Below, in pieces: positions 18,035 through 27,035 of a DNA stretch of 64,000 nt. The number at the start of each line of letters is the position of its first letter. Position 1 is the stretch's first letter. Below the pieces are notes generated by a model, which was not told the origin of the DNA, did no database searches, and saw only the letters and a list, made by a program, of their open reading frames with translations. Source of the DNA: Ruminococcus bicirculans (ex Wegman et al. 2014) (lineage in GTDB: Bacteria; Bacillota; Clostridia; Oscillospirales; Oscillospiraceae); the NCBI GenBank assembly GCA_963649145.1, contig CAVJGI010000002.1, positions 4,105 to 68,104 of the forward strand. The letters run 5' to 3'. A program made the position numbers and the translations under genes.

Positions 18035-18956
18035 GGCGGCGGCGTTGCTCCGCGCCCATGACGCCATTCAGCTCGTGACCCACACCCGCCCGGACGGGGA
18101 CACGCTCTGCTCCGCCGCGGCGCTCTGCTCCATGCTGCGCCGGATGGGGAAGCGCGCGTGGCTTTTCCCGAATCCGGAGATCACGGAGAAGTTTCAGCCG
18201 CTGACGGCGGCATTTCTCGCCGGGGGCGGCGAGACGGCGGCTTACACCGTCAGCGTCGACGTCGCAGGGACGGAGATGTTCTGCCCCGGCTTTTCCGGCG
18301 CGGTCGATCTCGCGATCGACCATCACCCGAAAAATCCCGGCTTCGCCGCCGCCACGCTCCTGCGCGGCGAGAAGGCGAGCACGGGCGAGATCATTTTAGA
18401 GCTCGCCGACGCGCTCGGCTGCGGCGTTACGCCGGAGGAGGCGACGCTGCTCTATATCGCGCTCAGCACGGACTGCGGCTGCTTCTGCTACGGCAACACC
18501 TGCGCGGACACCCACCGCGCCGCGGCGCGGCTGATGGACCTCGGCGCGAACCACCGCTGGGTCAATAAGCAGTTTTTCCGCTCGTTCAGCTTCCCGCGTC
18601 TGAAGCTGGAGGGCATGATCTTCGCCACGCTCCGCTCTTACCGCGAAAACCGGATCAACATCGCGGTCATCACGCTCGACATGATGCGCGAGAGCGGCGC
18701 GACGGAGGACGACTGCGACGATCTCGCCTCCCTCGCCGGGAAGGTGCGCGGCAACGTCGTGTCCATCACCGTGCGCGAGATCGCGCCGGGGCGCAGCAAG
18801 GCGTCCGTGCGCACGAACGAGCTGGTGGACGCCTCGGCGGTCTGCGCGCTCTTCGGCGGCGGCGGACACAAAATGGCATCCGGCTGCACGGTGGACCTGC
18901 CGCCCCAGACCCTCGCCGACCGTATGCTGGACGCCGTGAACGAGATCTGGAAATGA
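18021..18956 (+). CDS. DHH/DHHA1 phosphoesterase (NrnA-like oligoribonuclease / pAp phosphatase)
   Basis: HTRPDGDTLCSAAAL, DHH and GGGGHKMASG motifs. Confidence 0.85.
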   Translation: MTTNEAAALLRAHDAIQLVTHTRPDGDTLCSAAALCSMLRRMGKRAWLFPNPEITEKFQPLTAAFLAGGGETAAYTVSVDVAGTEMFCPGFSGAVDLAIDHHPKNPGFAAATLLRGEKASTGEIILELADALGCGVTPEEATLLYIALSTDCGCFCYGNTCADTHRAAARLMDLGANHRWVNKQFFRSFSFPRLKLEGMIFATLRSYRENRINIAVITLDMMRESGATEDDCDDLASLAGKVRGNVVSITVREIAPGRSKASVRTNELVDASAVCALFGGGGHKMASGCTVDLPPQTLADRMLDAVNEIWK

Positions 18957-19828
18957 ACGGCATTTTACTCATCGACAAGCCCGCCGGCTGGACGAGCATG
19001 GACGTCTGCGCCAAGCTGCGCGGCGCGCTGCACGAAAAGCGCGTGGGCCACTCCGGAACGCTCGACCCGATGGCGACCGGGCTGCTCGCCGTGTTTCTCG
19101 GCCGCGCCACGCGCGCGGTGGAGTTCGCTGAGGCGGCGGAGAAGGAATATCTTGCCGCCCTGCGCCTCGGCGTCACGACGGACACGCAGGACACGTCCGG
19201 AACTGTTCTGGAGCAGCGCGAAGCCGACGTCTCCGACGCGGCGCTGGACGCCGCGCTCGCGCGCTTTCGCGGCGAGATCGAGCAGCTGCCGCCCATGTAT
19301 TCGGCGATCAAGATCGGCGGGAAGAAGCTCTACGAGATCGCCCGCCGCGGCGGTGAGGTGGAGCGAAAGCCCCGCCGCGTCACGATCTATGAGCTCGATC
19401 GCCTCGGACGGGACGACGCGGGCGACATTCTGCTCCGCGTCCGCTGCTCCAAGGGCACCTACATCCGCGCGCTTTGCCACGATATCGGCGCCGCTCTCGG
19501 CTGCGGCGGCTGCATGAGCGCCCTGCGGCGCACCCGTGCGGGGGAGTTCACGCTCGCCGAAGCACACACGCTCGACGACGTGCTCGCCGCGGCGGAGGAA
19601 GGGCGCGCCGAGGCGCTGCTCCTCCCGGTGGACACGCTTTTCCGCGCTTACCCCGCACTGACGCTCACCGCCCCGCAGGAGCGTGCGCTGCGCTCCGGTG
19701 TGCGCTACACCTGCCCGCTGCCGGAGGGGGCCGTTTACCGGCTCTATGCCCCGGACGGCGCGTTTCTCGCGCTCGGCGAGGTGCGGGAGGGGAAAATGTG
19801 CTCCCGCAAGAATTTTTTTGAGAATTGA
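18953..19828 (+). CDS. truB: tRNA pseudouridine(55) synthase TruB
   Basis: GILLIDKPAGWTS, the catalytic-Asp motif HSGTLDPMATGLL, and PPMYSAIK. Confidence 0.95.
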   Translation: MNGILLIDKPAGWTSMDVCAKLRGALHEKRVGHSGTLDPMATGLLAVFLGRATRAVEFAEAAEKEYLAALRLGVTTDTQDTSGTVLEQREADVSDAALDAALARFRGEIEQLPPMYSAIKIGGKKLYEIARRGGEVERKPRRVTIYELDRLGRDDAGDILLRVRCSKGTYIRALCHDIGAALGCGGCMSALRRTRAGEFTLAEAHTLDDVLAAAEEGRAEALLLPVDTLFRAYPALTLTAPQERALRSGVRYTCPLPEGAVYRLYAPDGAFLALGEVREGKMCSRKNFFEN

Positions 19829-19840
19829 AGCTGGTTTTTT

Positions 19841-20737
19841 ATGGAACAAAGACCCAAAACCGTGCTCGCGCTCGGCTTTTTTGACGGCGTTCATATCGGA
19901 CACGCCGCGCTGCTGAACGCGGCGAAGGCGCGCGCCGCCGCGCTCGGTGCGGAGCCCGCGGTGCTGACTTTTGACCTCCACCCTGATATTTTCGTCAAAA
20001 AAACGCCCGTGCCGCTGCTCTGCTCGCCGGCGGACCGCGCCTATATCATCCGCCGTTTTTTCGGTATTGAACGGACCTGCTGCATCCACTTCAATGAGCA
20101 CACGATGCATATGCCGTGGCACGAGTTTCTGGACGGCGTCTGCGCGGAATATAACGCCGCCGGCTTCGTCGTCGGCTATGACTTCCGCTTTGGCGACCGC
20201 GGCGAGGGCGACGGCGAAAAGCTGGCGTCTTACTGCGCCGCGCGCGGTCTTGGCTGCGATATTATCCCCGCCGTCTCGCTGGACGGCGAGGTCGTGAGCT
20301 CCACGCGCATCCGCGCCGTTGTCGCCGCGGGGGAGATGGAGCACGCCGCGGCGCTGCTGGGGCATCCCCATCTGCTGACGGACAATGTCCGCAGCGGACT
20401 GCGCCTCGGCAGGCGGCTTGCGAGCCCGACCATCAACATGCGCTTTGAGCCCGGCGTGCTCATCCCGCGCCGCGGCGTTTATGCGACGCGCGTCGTCCTG
20501 CCGGACGGGGAGCACCCCGCCGTCACGAACATCGGCACGCGCCCGACCGTCGGCGGCGAAAACGTTACGGTCGAGAGCAACATCCTCCATTTCACCGGCG
20601 ACCTCTACGGAAAGCGCGTCTGCGTCGAGCTCGCGCACTTCCTGCGCGACGAGCGGAGGTTCGATTCCGTGGAAGCCCTCGGCGAGCAGATCCGCCGCGA
20701 CGCCCAGCGCGCCGGGGAGCTGCTGGAGCGCGGCTGA
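19841..20737 (+). CDS. ribF: bifunctional riboflavin kinase / FAD synthetase
   Basis: LGFFDGVHIGH, SSTRIR and PTINM...GVYATRV motifs. Confidence 0.93.
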   Translation: MEQRPKTVLALGFFDGVHIGHAALLNAAKARAAALGAEPAVLTFDLHPDIFVKKTPVPLLCSPADRAYIIRRFFGIERTCCIHFNEHTMHMPWHEFLDGVCAEYNAAGFVVGYDFRFGDRGEGDGEKLASYCAARGLGCDIIPAVSLDGEVVSSTRIRAVVAAGEMEHAAALLGHPHLLTDNVRSGLRLGRRLASPTINMRFEPGVLIPRRGVYATRVVLPDGEHPAVTNIGTRPTVGGENVTVESNILHFTGDLYGKRVCVELAHFLRDERRFDSVEALGEQIRRDAQRAGELLERG

Positions 20738-20744
20738 AAAAAAG

Positions 20745-20785
20745 AAAGGCGGACGCTTTCAAAAAAAGCGTCCGCCATTCTTTTC
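20745..20785. terminator. bidirectional terminator after ribF (left copy of a duplicated terminator arm)
   Basis: GGCGGACGC-loop-GCGTCCGCC with an A-run upstream and a T-run downstream. The 21 nt at 20738-20758 are repeated exactly at 21818-21838. Confidence 0.75.
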
Positions 20786-20793
20786 GGTTTCCG

Positions 20794-21741
20794 TCAGCTG
20801 TGGAAGGGACCGGGACCGGGCCATTTGCCGCTGCCGCCCATTTCGGCTTCGAGTTTTTCGAGCTGCTTCAGGAGGTTCATACGCACCGCCTCGTTCGGAA
20901 GGTCGGCGGCAAGGATCCCCATGCGGATCCCCTCGATGCTCAGCTCGCCCCGTCTGATCGCGTCCGCGGTCTCTTTGCCGAAGGTTAGCTCTTTGAAGCG
21001 TTCCTCCGGTGGCGTCATCTCGGTGATCTCCTCCGGTGTGTAGCCGCGGTTGCAGTACATCCGCGTCGTGTTGTGGAACGCGGTGAAAAGGTCGACAAAC
21101 ATTTTCATGGCGTTCTTGGACTTCATCCGGACGCCATACGCATCCAGAGCGTCGATGACCTCCTCCATCGCGGAGACCGTGACGTCGTTCACGATGCAAA
21201 GGAACTCGTAAAGAAGCGCGTTTGCGCTCACCTCGCTCAGACCGCCGCGCTCTGTCAGGAAGAGGAAAAGCCTGCGGCGCGCCGGGGTGTTCTCGCAGCA
21301 AAAGGGGTCGGCATATTCCAGAAAATCCTTTTTTTCCGGCACATAATAGGGCTTGCCCTGCTGAAGACTCTTTGTCTCGTAAATCAGCTCCCCGTCCTCG
21401 TCGAACAGCACATAGTTTATGATCTCGCGGTCAAGCGGCTTCGTGGGCTTTCCGTCGTCATAGAGCTCGTCATCGCCGAGGATGGAGTAGCACTCGCACT
21501 CATGCCGCGCGATCTCCGCAAAGGCGAGGAACTCCTCCTCCGTTACCAGCTTGGGGCTATAGGAGAAAACGATCTCCTTTGCCTTGCGCAGCGGGATGAT
21601 GCCGTAGAGATTTGCCATCGCGTTGAAATATTTGCGGAGGAGCCGCGAGGTCGTGTCCTTCAGCGGGATCTCCCGGTAAAGCGCGTTCAGCTGCCTGCGG
21701 GAATACTCCTGCGGGAATTCGTAATCTTTGTCCTTTGCCAT
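20794..21741 (-). CDS. hypothetical protein (orphan cassette gene), no recognisable domain
   Basis: Long ORF with its own TTGACT-17-TAGAAT promoter and GGAGGA RBS. The start was moved to the ATG at 21741 because the listed ATG at 21780 overlaps the -10 hexamer. GC looks lower (about 55-58%) than in the neighbours. Confidence 0.7.
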   Translation of the reverse strand: MAKDKDYEFPQEYSRRQLNALYREIPLKDTTSRLLRKYFNAMANLYGIIPLRKAKEIVFSYSPKLVTEEEFLAFAEIARHECECYSILGDDELYDDGKPTKPLDREIINYVLFDEDGELIYETKSLQQGKPYYVPEKKDFLEYADPFCCENTPARRRLFLFLTERGGLSEVSANALLYEFLCIVNDVTVSAMEEVIDALDAYGVRMKSKNAMKMFVDLFTAFHNTTRMYCNRGYTPEEITEMTPPEERFKELTFGKETADAIRRGELSIEGIRMGILAADLPNEAVRMNLLKQLEKLEAEMGGSGKWPGPGPFHS

Positions 21742-21778
21742 GTCGCTTCCTCCTCTGAATAATTGCGATCTCTTTGCC

Positions 21779-21807
21779 ATTCTAACGTGGATCGCGCTTC
21801 AAGTCAA
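21779..21807 (-). promoter_or_regulatory. sigma-A-type promoter of the orphan gene
   Basis: On the minus strand: TTGACT, 17-nt spacer, TAGAAT. Confidence 0.65.
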
Positions 21808-21824
21808 GCGGAACGGCAAAAAAG

Positions 21825-21857
21825 AAAGGCGGACGCTTACTTTGCGTTCGCCTTTTT
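21825..21857. terminator. bidirectional terminator (right copy), downstream of feoB on the minus strand
   Basis: GGCGGACGC-loop-GCGTTCGCC hairpin (one mismatch) with flanking A and T runs. Confidence 0.65.
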
Positions 21858-21994
21858 GAAATTTTTGCGCCCTTCTTTTTCTCTCAGGCGCGCGTTGGGC
21901 TCTCTTTTGTGTCTCGCCGGAGCCCCGGCTCGATCGTAGCTTAGCACAGATCGCGGTGGGGCGCAAGTGTAAAATCTGGGAAAGTGCCACGCTG

Positions 21995-24352
21995 TCAAAG
22001 CAGCGTCCCGACCGCGTGGACAGCTGCGGCGCAGAGCCACGCCAAGACGCACTGGAACACCACGACGAGCGCCGCCCAGCGTCCGCCCAGCTCGCGCCGG
22101 ATGGCGGCGACGGCGGCGACGCAGGGGGTGTAGAGCAGGCAGAACACGAGCAGCGCCGCGGCGGAAAGCGGCGTCAGGATGCTCGTCACCGCCGCCCCGC
22201 CCAGCAGGACCGTCAGCGTTGAGACAACGCTCTCCTTCGCCATAAAGCCCGCGGCAAGCGCCGTCACGATGCGCCAGTCGCCGAAGCCGAGCGGCGCGAA
22301 CACCGGGGAGAGGAAGCCCGCGATGACGGCGAGGATGGAGTCCTTCGCGTCCGAAACGACGTTTAAGCGGAAATCAAAGGTCTGGAGGAACCAGACGACG
22401 ATGGAGGCGAGGAAAATGACCGTGAACGCGCGCTGAAGAAAATCGCGCGCCTTGTCCCAGAGCAGATGGGCGACGTTGCCGAGCCCCGGCAGACGGTAAT
22501 TCGGCAGCTCCATCACGAAGGGGACCGCCTCGCCCTTGAAGAGCGTGTTCTTCGATGCGAGTGCGACGAGAACTCCGACTAAGATCCCCAGCAGATAGAG
22601 CGCGAGCATCACGAGCCCGCCGCGGCCGGGGAAGAACGCCGCCGTGAAAAACCCGTAGATCGGAAGCTTGGCGGTGCAGGACATAAACGGCGTCAGCACG
22701 ATCGTCATGCGACGGTCCCGCGCGCTCGGCAGCGTGCGGCTCGCCATGACGCCCGGCACCGTGCAGCCGAAGCCGATGAGCATCGGCACGATGCTGCGCC
22801 CGGAGAGTCCGAGGCGGCGCAGCAGCTTATCCATGACGAAGGCGATGCGCGCCATGTATCCGCTGTCTTCGAGCATAGAGAGGAAGAAAAACAGCACGAC
22901 GATGATCGGAATGAAGCTCAGCACGCTCCCGACGCCTCCGAAAATGCCGTCTATGACGAGCGAGTGGATGACGGGGTTGACGTTCGCCTCAGCAAGCGCG
23001 CCGTCCGTGAGCGCGGTCAGCGCGTCGATCCCGCGGGCGAGCAGGTTTTGCAGCGCCGCGCCGACAACGTTGAAGGTGAGGTAAAACACCAGCGCCATGA
23101 TCGCGATAAACGCCGGGATCGCGGTGTATTTCCCGGTCAGGACCCGGTCGATCCTGCGGCTGCGGATATGCTCGCGGCTCTCCCGCGGGCGGACGACCGT
23201 GCGCGAGCAGAGACGCCCGATAAAGTCAAAGCGCATGTCCGCGATCGCCGCGGCGCGGTCGAGCCCGCGCTCGGACTCCATCTGAACGACGATATGCTCC
23301 ACCATCTCGCGCTCGTTTTCGCTCAGCCGCAGCGCCTCCGTGACGAGCGCGTCACCCTCGACGAGCTTGCTCGCGGCGAAGCGCAGCGGCAGCCCCGCCG
23401 CAGCAGCGTGGTCTTCGATAAGGTGCATAATGCCGTGGAGACAGCGGTGGACAGCGCCGCCGTGGGCATTTTCGTCGCAGAAATCGACGCGCCCCGGCTT
23501 TTCCTGATAGCGGGCGATGTGGATCGCGTGGCGCACGAGCTCGTCGATGCCCTCGTCCCGCGCGGCGGAGATGGGCACGACCGGCACGCCGAGCATTGCC
23601 TCCATCTCGTTGATGCGGATCGTGCCGCCGTTGCCGCGCACCTCGTCCATCATGTTCAGCGCGAGCACGACCGGCGTGTCCAGCTCCATCAGCTGCATCG
23701 TGAGGTAGAGATTGCGCTCAATGTTTGTCGCGTCGGCGATGTTGATGATGCAGCGCGGCTTTTCCTCCAGAATGAACTGGCGCGAAACGATCTCCTCCGC
23801 CGAGTAAGGCGAGAGGGAATAAATGCCGGGCAGGTCCGTGACGAGCGTGTGCGCGTGTCCGCGGATGGCGCCGGATTTGCGGTCCACGGTGACGCCGGGG
23901 AAGTTGCCGACATGCTGGTTCGAGCCCGTGAGGGCATTGAAAAGCGTCGTCTTGCCGCAGTTCTGGTTTCCGGCGAGGGCGAAGGTCAGCAGCGCGTCCT
24001 CCGGCAGCGCCGTGCCTTCGGATTTTGTGTGATAGCGCCCCTCCTCGCCGAGACCGGGGTGCTCCGCGTCATGCGGGTGCTCGCGCTGAGGATAGTCGCG
24101 GTGCGCGCTCTGCGGGCGCTCCACGGCGCTCAGGGGCTCGATCCCGATCTCCGCCGCGTCTGCGAGGCGCAGCGTCAGCTCATAGCCGTGGATGCGAAGC
24201 TCCATCGGGTCGCCCATCGGCGCGAGCTTCATCAGCTTCACCCGCGCGCCGGGGATGACGCCCATATCGAGAAAATGCTGCCGCAGCGCACCCTCGCCGC
24301 CGACAGAAAGGATTTGCGCCACCTCGCCGGGGCGCAGCTGGTCCAAGGTCAT
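21995..24352 (-). CDS. feoB: ferrous iron transporter, FeoA-FeoB fusion
   Basis: N-terminal FeoA/SH3-like domain (GEVAQILSV...GVIPGARVKLMKLAPMGDPMEL). This is followed by the FeoB G-domain (ALAGNQNCGKTTLFNALTG) and a polytopic membrane domain. Confidence 0.93.
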   Translation of the reverse strand: MTLDQLRPGEVAQILSVGGEGALRQHFLDMGVIPGARVKLMKLAPMGDPMELRIHGYELTLRLADAAEIGIEPLSAVERPQSAHRDYPQREHPHDAEHPGLGEEGRYHTKSEGTALPEDALLTFALAGNQNCGKTTLFNALTGSNQHVGNFPGVTVDRKSGAIRGHAHTLVTDLPGIYSLSPYSAEEIVSRQFILEEKPRCIINIADATNIERNLYLTMQLMELDTPVVLALNMMDEVRGNGGTIRINEMEAMLGVPVVPISAARDEGIDELVRHAIHIARYQEKPGRVDFCDENAHGGAVHRCLHGIMHLIEDHAAAAGLPLRFAASKLVEGDALVTEALRLSENEREMVEHIVVQMESERGLDRAAAIADMRFDFIGRLCSRTVVRPRESREHIRSRRIDRVLTGKYTAIPAFIAIMALVFYLTFNVVGAALQNLLARGIDALTALTDGALAEANVNPVIHSLVIDGIFGGVGSVLSFIPIIVVLFFFLSMLEDSGYMARIAFVMDKLLRRLGLSGRSIVPMLIGFGCTVPGVMASRTLPSARDRRMTIVLTPFMSCTAKLPIYGFFTAAFFPGRGGLVMLALYLLGILVGVLVALASKNTLFKGEAVPFVMELPNYRLPGLGNVAHLLWDKARDFLQRAFTVIFLASIVVWFLQTFDFRLNVVSDAKDSILAVIAGFLSPVFAPLGFGDWRIVTALAAGFMAKESVVSTLTVLLGGAAVTSILTPLSAAALLVFCLLYTPCVAAVAAIRRELGGRWAALVVVFQCVLAWLCAAAVHAVGTLL

Positions 24353-24372
24353 GCGTGTTTCCTCTCTCTATG

Positions 24373-24390
24373 TGTTAGTTCTGACTAACA
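24373..24390. promoter_or_regulatory. perfect 7-4-7 palindrome TGTTAGT-TCTG-ACTAACA between the feoAB promoter and RBS (candidate metalloregulator operator)
   Basis: The inverted repeat was read directly. It lies downstream of the minus-strand TTGACA-17-TATCAT promoter at 24404-24432. Confidence 0.5.
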
Positions 24391-24391
24391 A

Positions 24392-24432
24392 AAAGCTGCC
24401 GCCATGATAAACCATGGCGGCAGCTTTGTCAA
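24392..24432 (-). terminator. terminator of the DHHW/MBOAT operon with the feoAB promoter nested inside it
   Basis: On the minus strand: AAAGCTGCCGCCATG-loop-CATGGCGGCAGCTTT followed by TTTG. The -35 TTGACA and -10 TATCAT overlap the hairpin. Confidence 0.6.
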
Positions 24433-24471
24433 CGGGAAACGCGCGGATTTTCAGCGGGGCGAGGGAGGGCG

Positions 24472-25590
24472 TCAATACCCCGCGAGGAACAGATTATTGT
24501 CCTCGGCGAAGTTTTTGACGCTGTAGCACACAAGCACGGCGTCGATGTCGTGCTCGGCGGCATAGGCTTTTATGCTGCTGCGGTAATAGCGAAGGTCCAG
24601 AATGTGGAGCTCGGAGAAGTGGGCGGTCAGGTAGGGGCTCAGCGTGTCCATATAGGAGTCGCGAAGGATGAGCAGGCGCGGCGCGTCGGTGTGCTCCGTC
24701 GCGACGGTCAGCAGCGGGGTGTTGCCGCCGTAGAAATAAGAATATTTGTCCTTCACGGCGAGGAAGCTCTCGTCATACATCTTGCCCGGAACGGCGGCGC
24801 CCTGCGGGTAGTTCGTGACGGTGACGCCCGTGTCCGGGACGAAGGTGCTGATGCTGTCCGGCTTCACCCACGAAAAGCCGGAGCTGGAATAGGTCGTGCC
24901 GTAAAACTCCTCGCTGACGACGGTCTCGCTGTAATCGCCGAGCGGTACGGCGTCGAAGCCCATCGCGTCGGCGAGGGCGGCATAGCCGTAATAAGCGCCG
25001 AGCGTGGTCCAGTGGTGGTCCGTGCGGAAGAAGATGGGCTCATCGCGGTGGGCGGCGAGCGCGGAGGCAATGTCCACAGTCTGCGCCGTGACGTAGTTAT
25101 AGGCGTAGTCGATGGTGTCCAGCTGGCTGTCGTTCGGCGCACCGTCCGGCAGCAGATCGCGGTCGATCTCCGCCGCGGAGGGGATGAGCGCGAAATAGAC
25201 GGGGACGTCCACATTCTCCGCGAGGGCGTTCACGGCGTCCAGATTAAAATCCAGATCGTCCTGCGCGGGCGCGGTGTAGGGCTCCAGCAGCGTTTCGCCC
25301 TCGCAGAGATAAATGCCGTTGTTCGCGTCCTTCCCGGCGGCGAGCTCCGCGCCGGCTTTCAGCGTCGTCCACCCGTCGCGCAGGGGGAACTGGTCGGTGA
25401 TGAAGTCCTCGTAAGCGGTCGTGAATTTGCCGGAGAAGAGGGCGGAGAAGGTGAATTTCGGCTCGGTCTGGAGCGCGCGGTTCTCGCGCTCGGAGAAGCT
25501 CTTTTTCGGGAGAACGAGCCCCAGCACGAACAGCACGCCGATAAAGACGAGAAACAGCACGGTCTGGACAATAGCGGCTTTCTTTTTCAT
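24472..25590 (-). CDS. DHHW-family protein (AlgX/PatB-like partner of the MBOAT O-acyltransferase)
   Basis: N-terminal TM anchor and the signature FRTDHHWTTLGAYYGY. It is directly downstream of the MBOAT gene. Confidence 0.8.
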   Translation of the reverse strand: MKKKAAIVQTVLFLVFIGVLFVLGLVLPKKSFSERENRALQTEPKFTFSALFSGKFTTAYEDFITDQFPLRDGWTTLKAGAELAAGKDANNGIYLCEGETLLEPYTAPAQDDLDFNLDAVNALAENVDVPVYFALIPSAAEIDRDLLPDGAPNDSQLDTIDYAYNYVTAQTVDIASALAAHRDEPIFFRTDHHWTTLGAYYGYAALADAMGFDAVPLGDYSETVVSEEFYGTTYSSSGFSWVKPDSISTFVPDTGVTVTNYPQGAAVPGKMYDESFLAVKDKYSYFYGGNTPLLTVATEHTDAPRLLILRDSYMDTLSPYLTAHFSELHILDLRYYRSSIKAYAAEHDIDAVLVCYSVKNFAEDNNLFLAGY

Positions 25591-25607
25591 TCCTGCTTGC
25601 CCTCCTT

Positions 25608-27002
25608 TCAGAAGCGGAAATAGAGAAACGGGTTATACGTCGCGTCCACGAGATACGCCGTGGAGAGAATGAGCACCGCGGCGATCATCACGGGCGTCAG
25701 CGCGGCGCGGACGCGCTCGCTGAGGCGGTCGTAGAGCCGCTTTCCGAGCGGCAGACAGGCGACGATCGCGACGACGAAGATCACGGCGTAGTTGCGCAGG
25801 TAAAAGAGGTCCTGCGCGCTCCAGAGCCCGGCTCCGCCGCCGAACATCGCGCGGTAATAGCCGAAGGCGGCGCTCATGCTCGGCAGGTCGAACATGACCC
25901 AGCCGCAGACGGCGACGACAAGGGCGTAGACCGTCGCGAGGACGGGGACTTTTTTGAGCGGCTTTAAGAGGAACAGCTTTTCCAGCATCAGGAACAGCGC
26001 GTAATAAAGCCCCCAGCAGAGGAAGGTCCAGTTCGCGCCGTGCCAGAAGCCTGTGAGCGCCCAGACGATCAGAATGTTCAGCATTTGCCGCGCCATCCCC
26101 TTGCGGTTGCCGCCGAGGGGAATATAAACATAGTCGCGGAACCATGTGCCGAGACTGATATGCCAGCGCCGCCAGAATTCCGTTACGGAGCGGGAGATAT
26201 AGGGGTAATCGAAGTTTTCAAGGAACTCAAAGCCCAGCATCCTGCCGAGGCCGATCGCCATGTCGGAGTAGCCGGAGAAGTCAAAGTAAATTTGCAGCGA
26301 GAAGGCGAGGATGCCCATCCAAGAGCCCAGCACGGTCAGCTCCGCGCCGGAGGCGGCGGAGTAAACGTCCCAGAGCGCGCCGATGTTGTTCGCGATGAGC
26401 ACCTTTTTGCCGAGACCGACAATGAAGCGCCGCACGCCGGAGGCGAACTGGTCCACGCTGTTCGCGCGGAAGCCGAGCTGGCCGGCGACATCTTTATAGC
26501 GCACGATGGGACCGGCGATGAGCTGGGGGAAGAGCGCCACAAAGGTGCCGAAGGAGATGAAGCTGCGCTGAAGCTCCGCGTCGCCGCGGTAAACGTCGAT
26601 GGGGTAGCTCATCGTCTGGAAGGTGTAGAACGAAATGCCGATCGGCAGCGTCAGCCCAAGCGTTGCGATATGGACGCCGGGAATGCGGCTGAGCGTTGCG
26701 GCGAAGAGGTCGTAATACTTGAAAAAGCCGAGCAGCGCGAGGTTCACCACAACGTCCGCCGTGAGCCACGCCTTCGCGCGGCGGCGGTCGGTGTGCTTAT
26801 ACTTCTCCACGAGGAAGCCCGCGGCGAAGTTGATCGCCATGGAAAACACCATCAGCAGCACATAGACCGGCTCGCCCCAGCCGTAAAACACGAGGTTCAC
26901 GGCAAAGAGCCAGACGTTGCGCCAGCGTGTCGGGACAAAATAATAGACCGCCAGCACGACCGGCAGGTATTGGAACATGAAAAGCAGGCTGGAAAAGACC
27001 AT
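25608..27002 (-). CDS. MBOAT-family membrane O-acyltransferase (AlgI/DltB-like)
   Basis: Polytopic protein. FWRRWHISLGTWFRDYVYIPLGGNR contains the conserved MBOAT His. Confidence 0.88.
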   Translation of the reverse strand: MVFSSLLFMFQYLPVVLAVYYFVPTRWRNVWLFAVNLVFYGWGEPVYVLLMVFSMAINFAAGFLVEKYKHTDRRRAKAWLTADVVVNLALLGFFKYYDLFAATLSRIPGVHIATLGLTLPIGISFYTFQTMSYPIDVYRGDAELQRSFISFGTFVALFPQLIAGPIVRYKDVAGQLGFRANSVDQFASGVRRFIVGLGKKVLIANNIGALWDVYSAASGAELTVLGSWMGILAFSLQIYFDFSGYSDMAIGLGRMLGFEFLENFDYPYISRSVTEFWRRWHISLGTWFRDYVYIPLGGNRKGMARQMLNILIVWALTGFWHGANWTFLCWGLYYALFLMLEKLFLLKPLKKVPVLATVYALVVAVCGWVMFDLPSMSAAFGYYRAMFGGGAGLWSAQDLFYLRNYAVIFVVAIVACLPLGKRLYDRLSERVRAALTPVMIAAVLILSTAYLVDATYNPFLYFRF

Positions 27003-27035
27003 GAGCGGCGTTTCTCCTTGGTTTTCTTCGGATTA

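Noticed and set aside
18965-20638. 557-aa minus-strand ORF antisense to truB and ribF.
   Set aside because: Same reasoning as above. The opposite strand carries conserved TruB and RibF motifs, and the antisense product is low-complexity.
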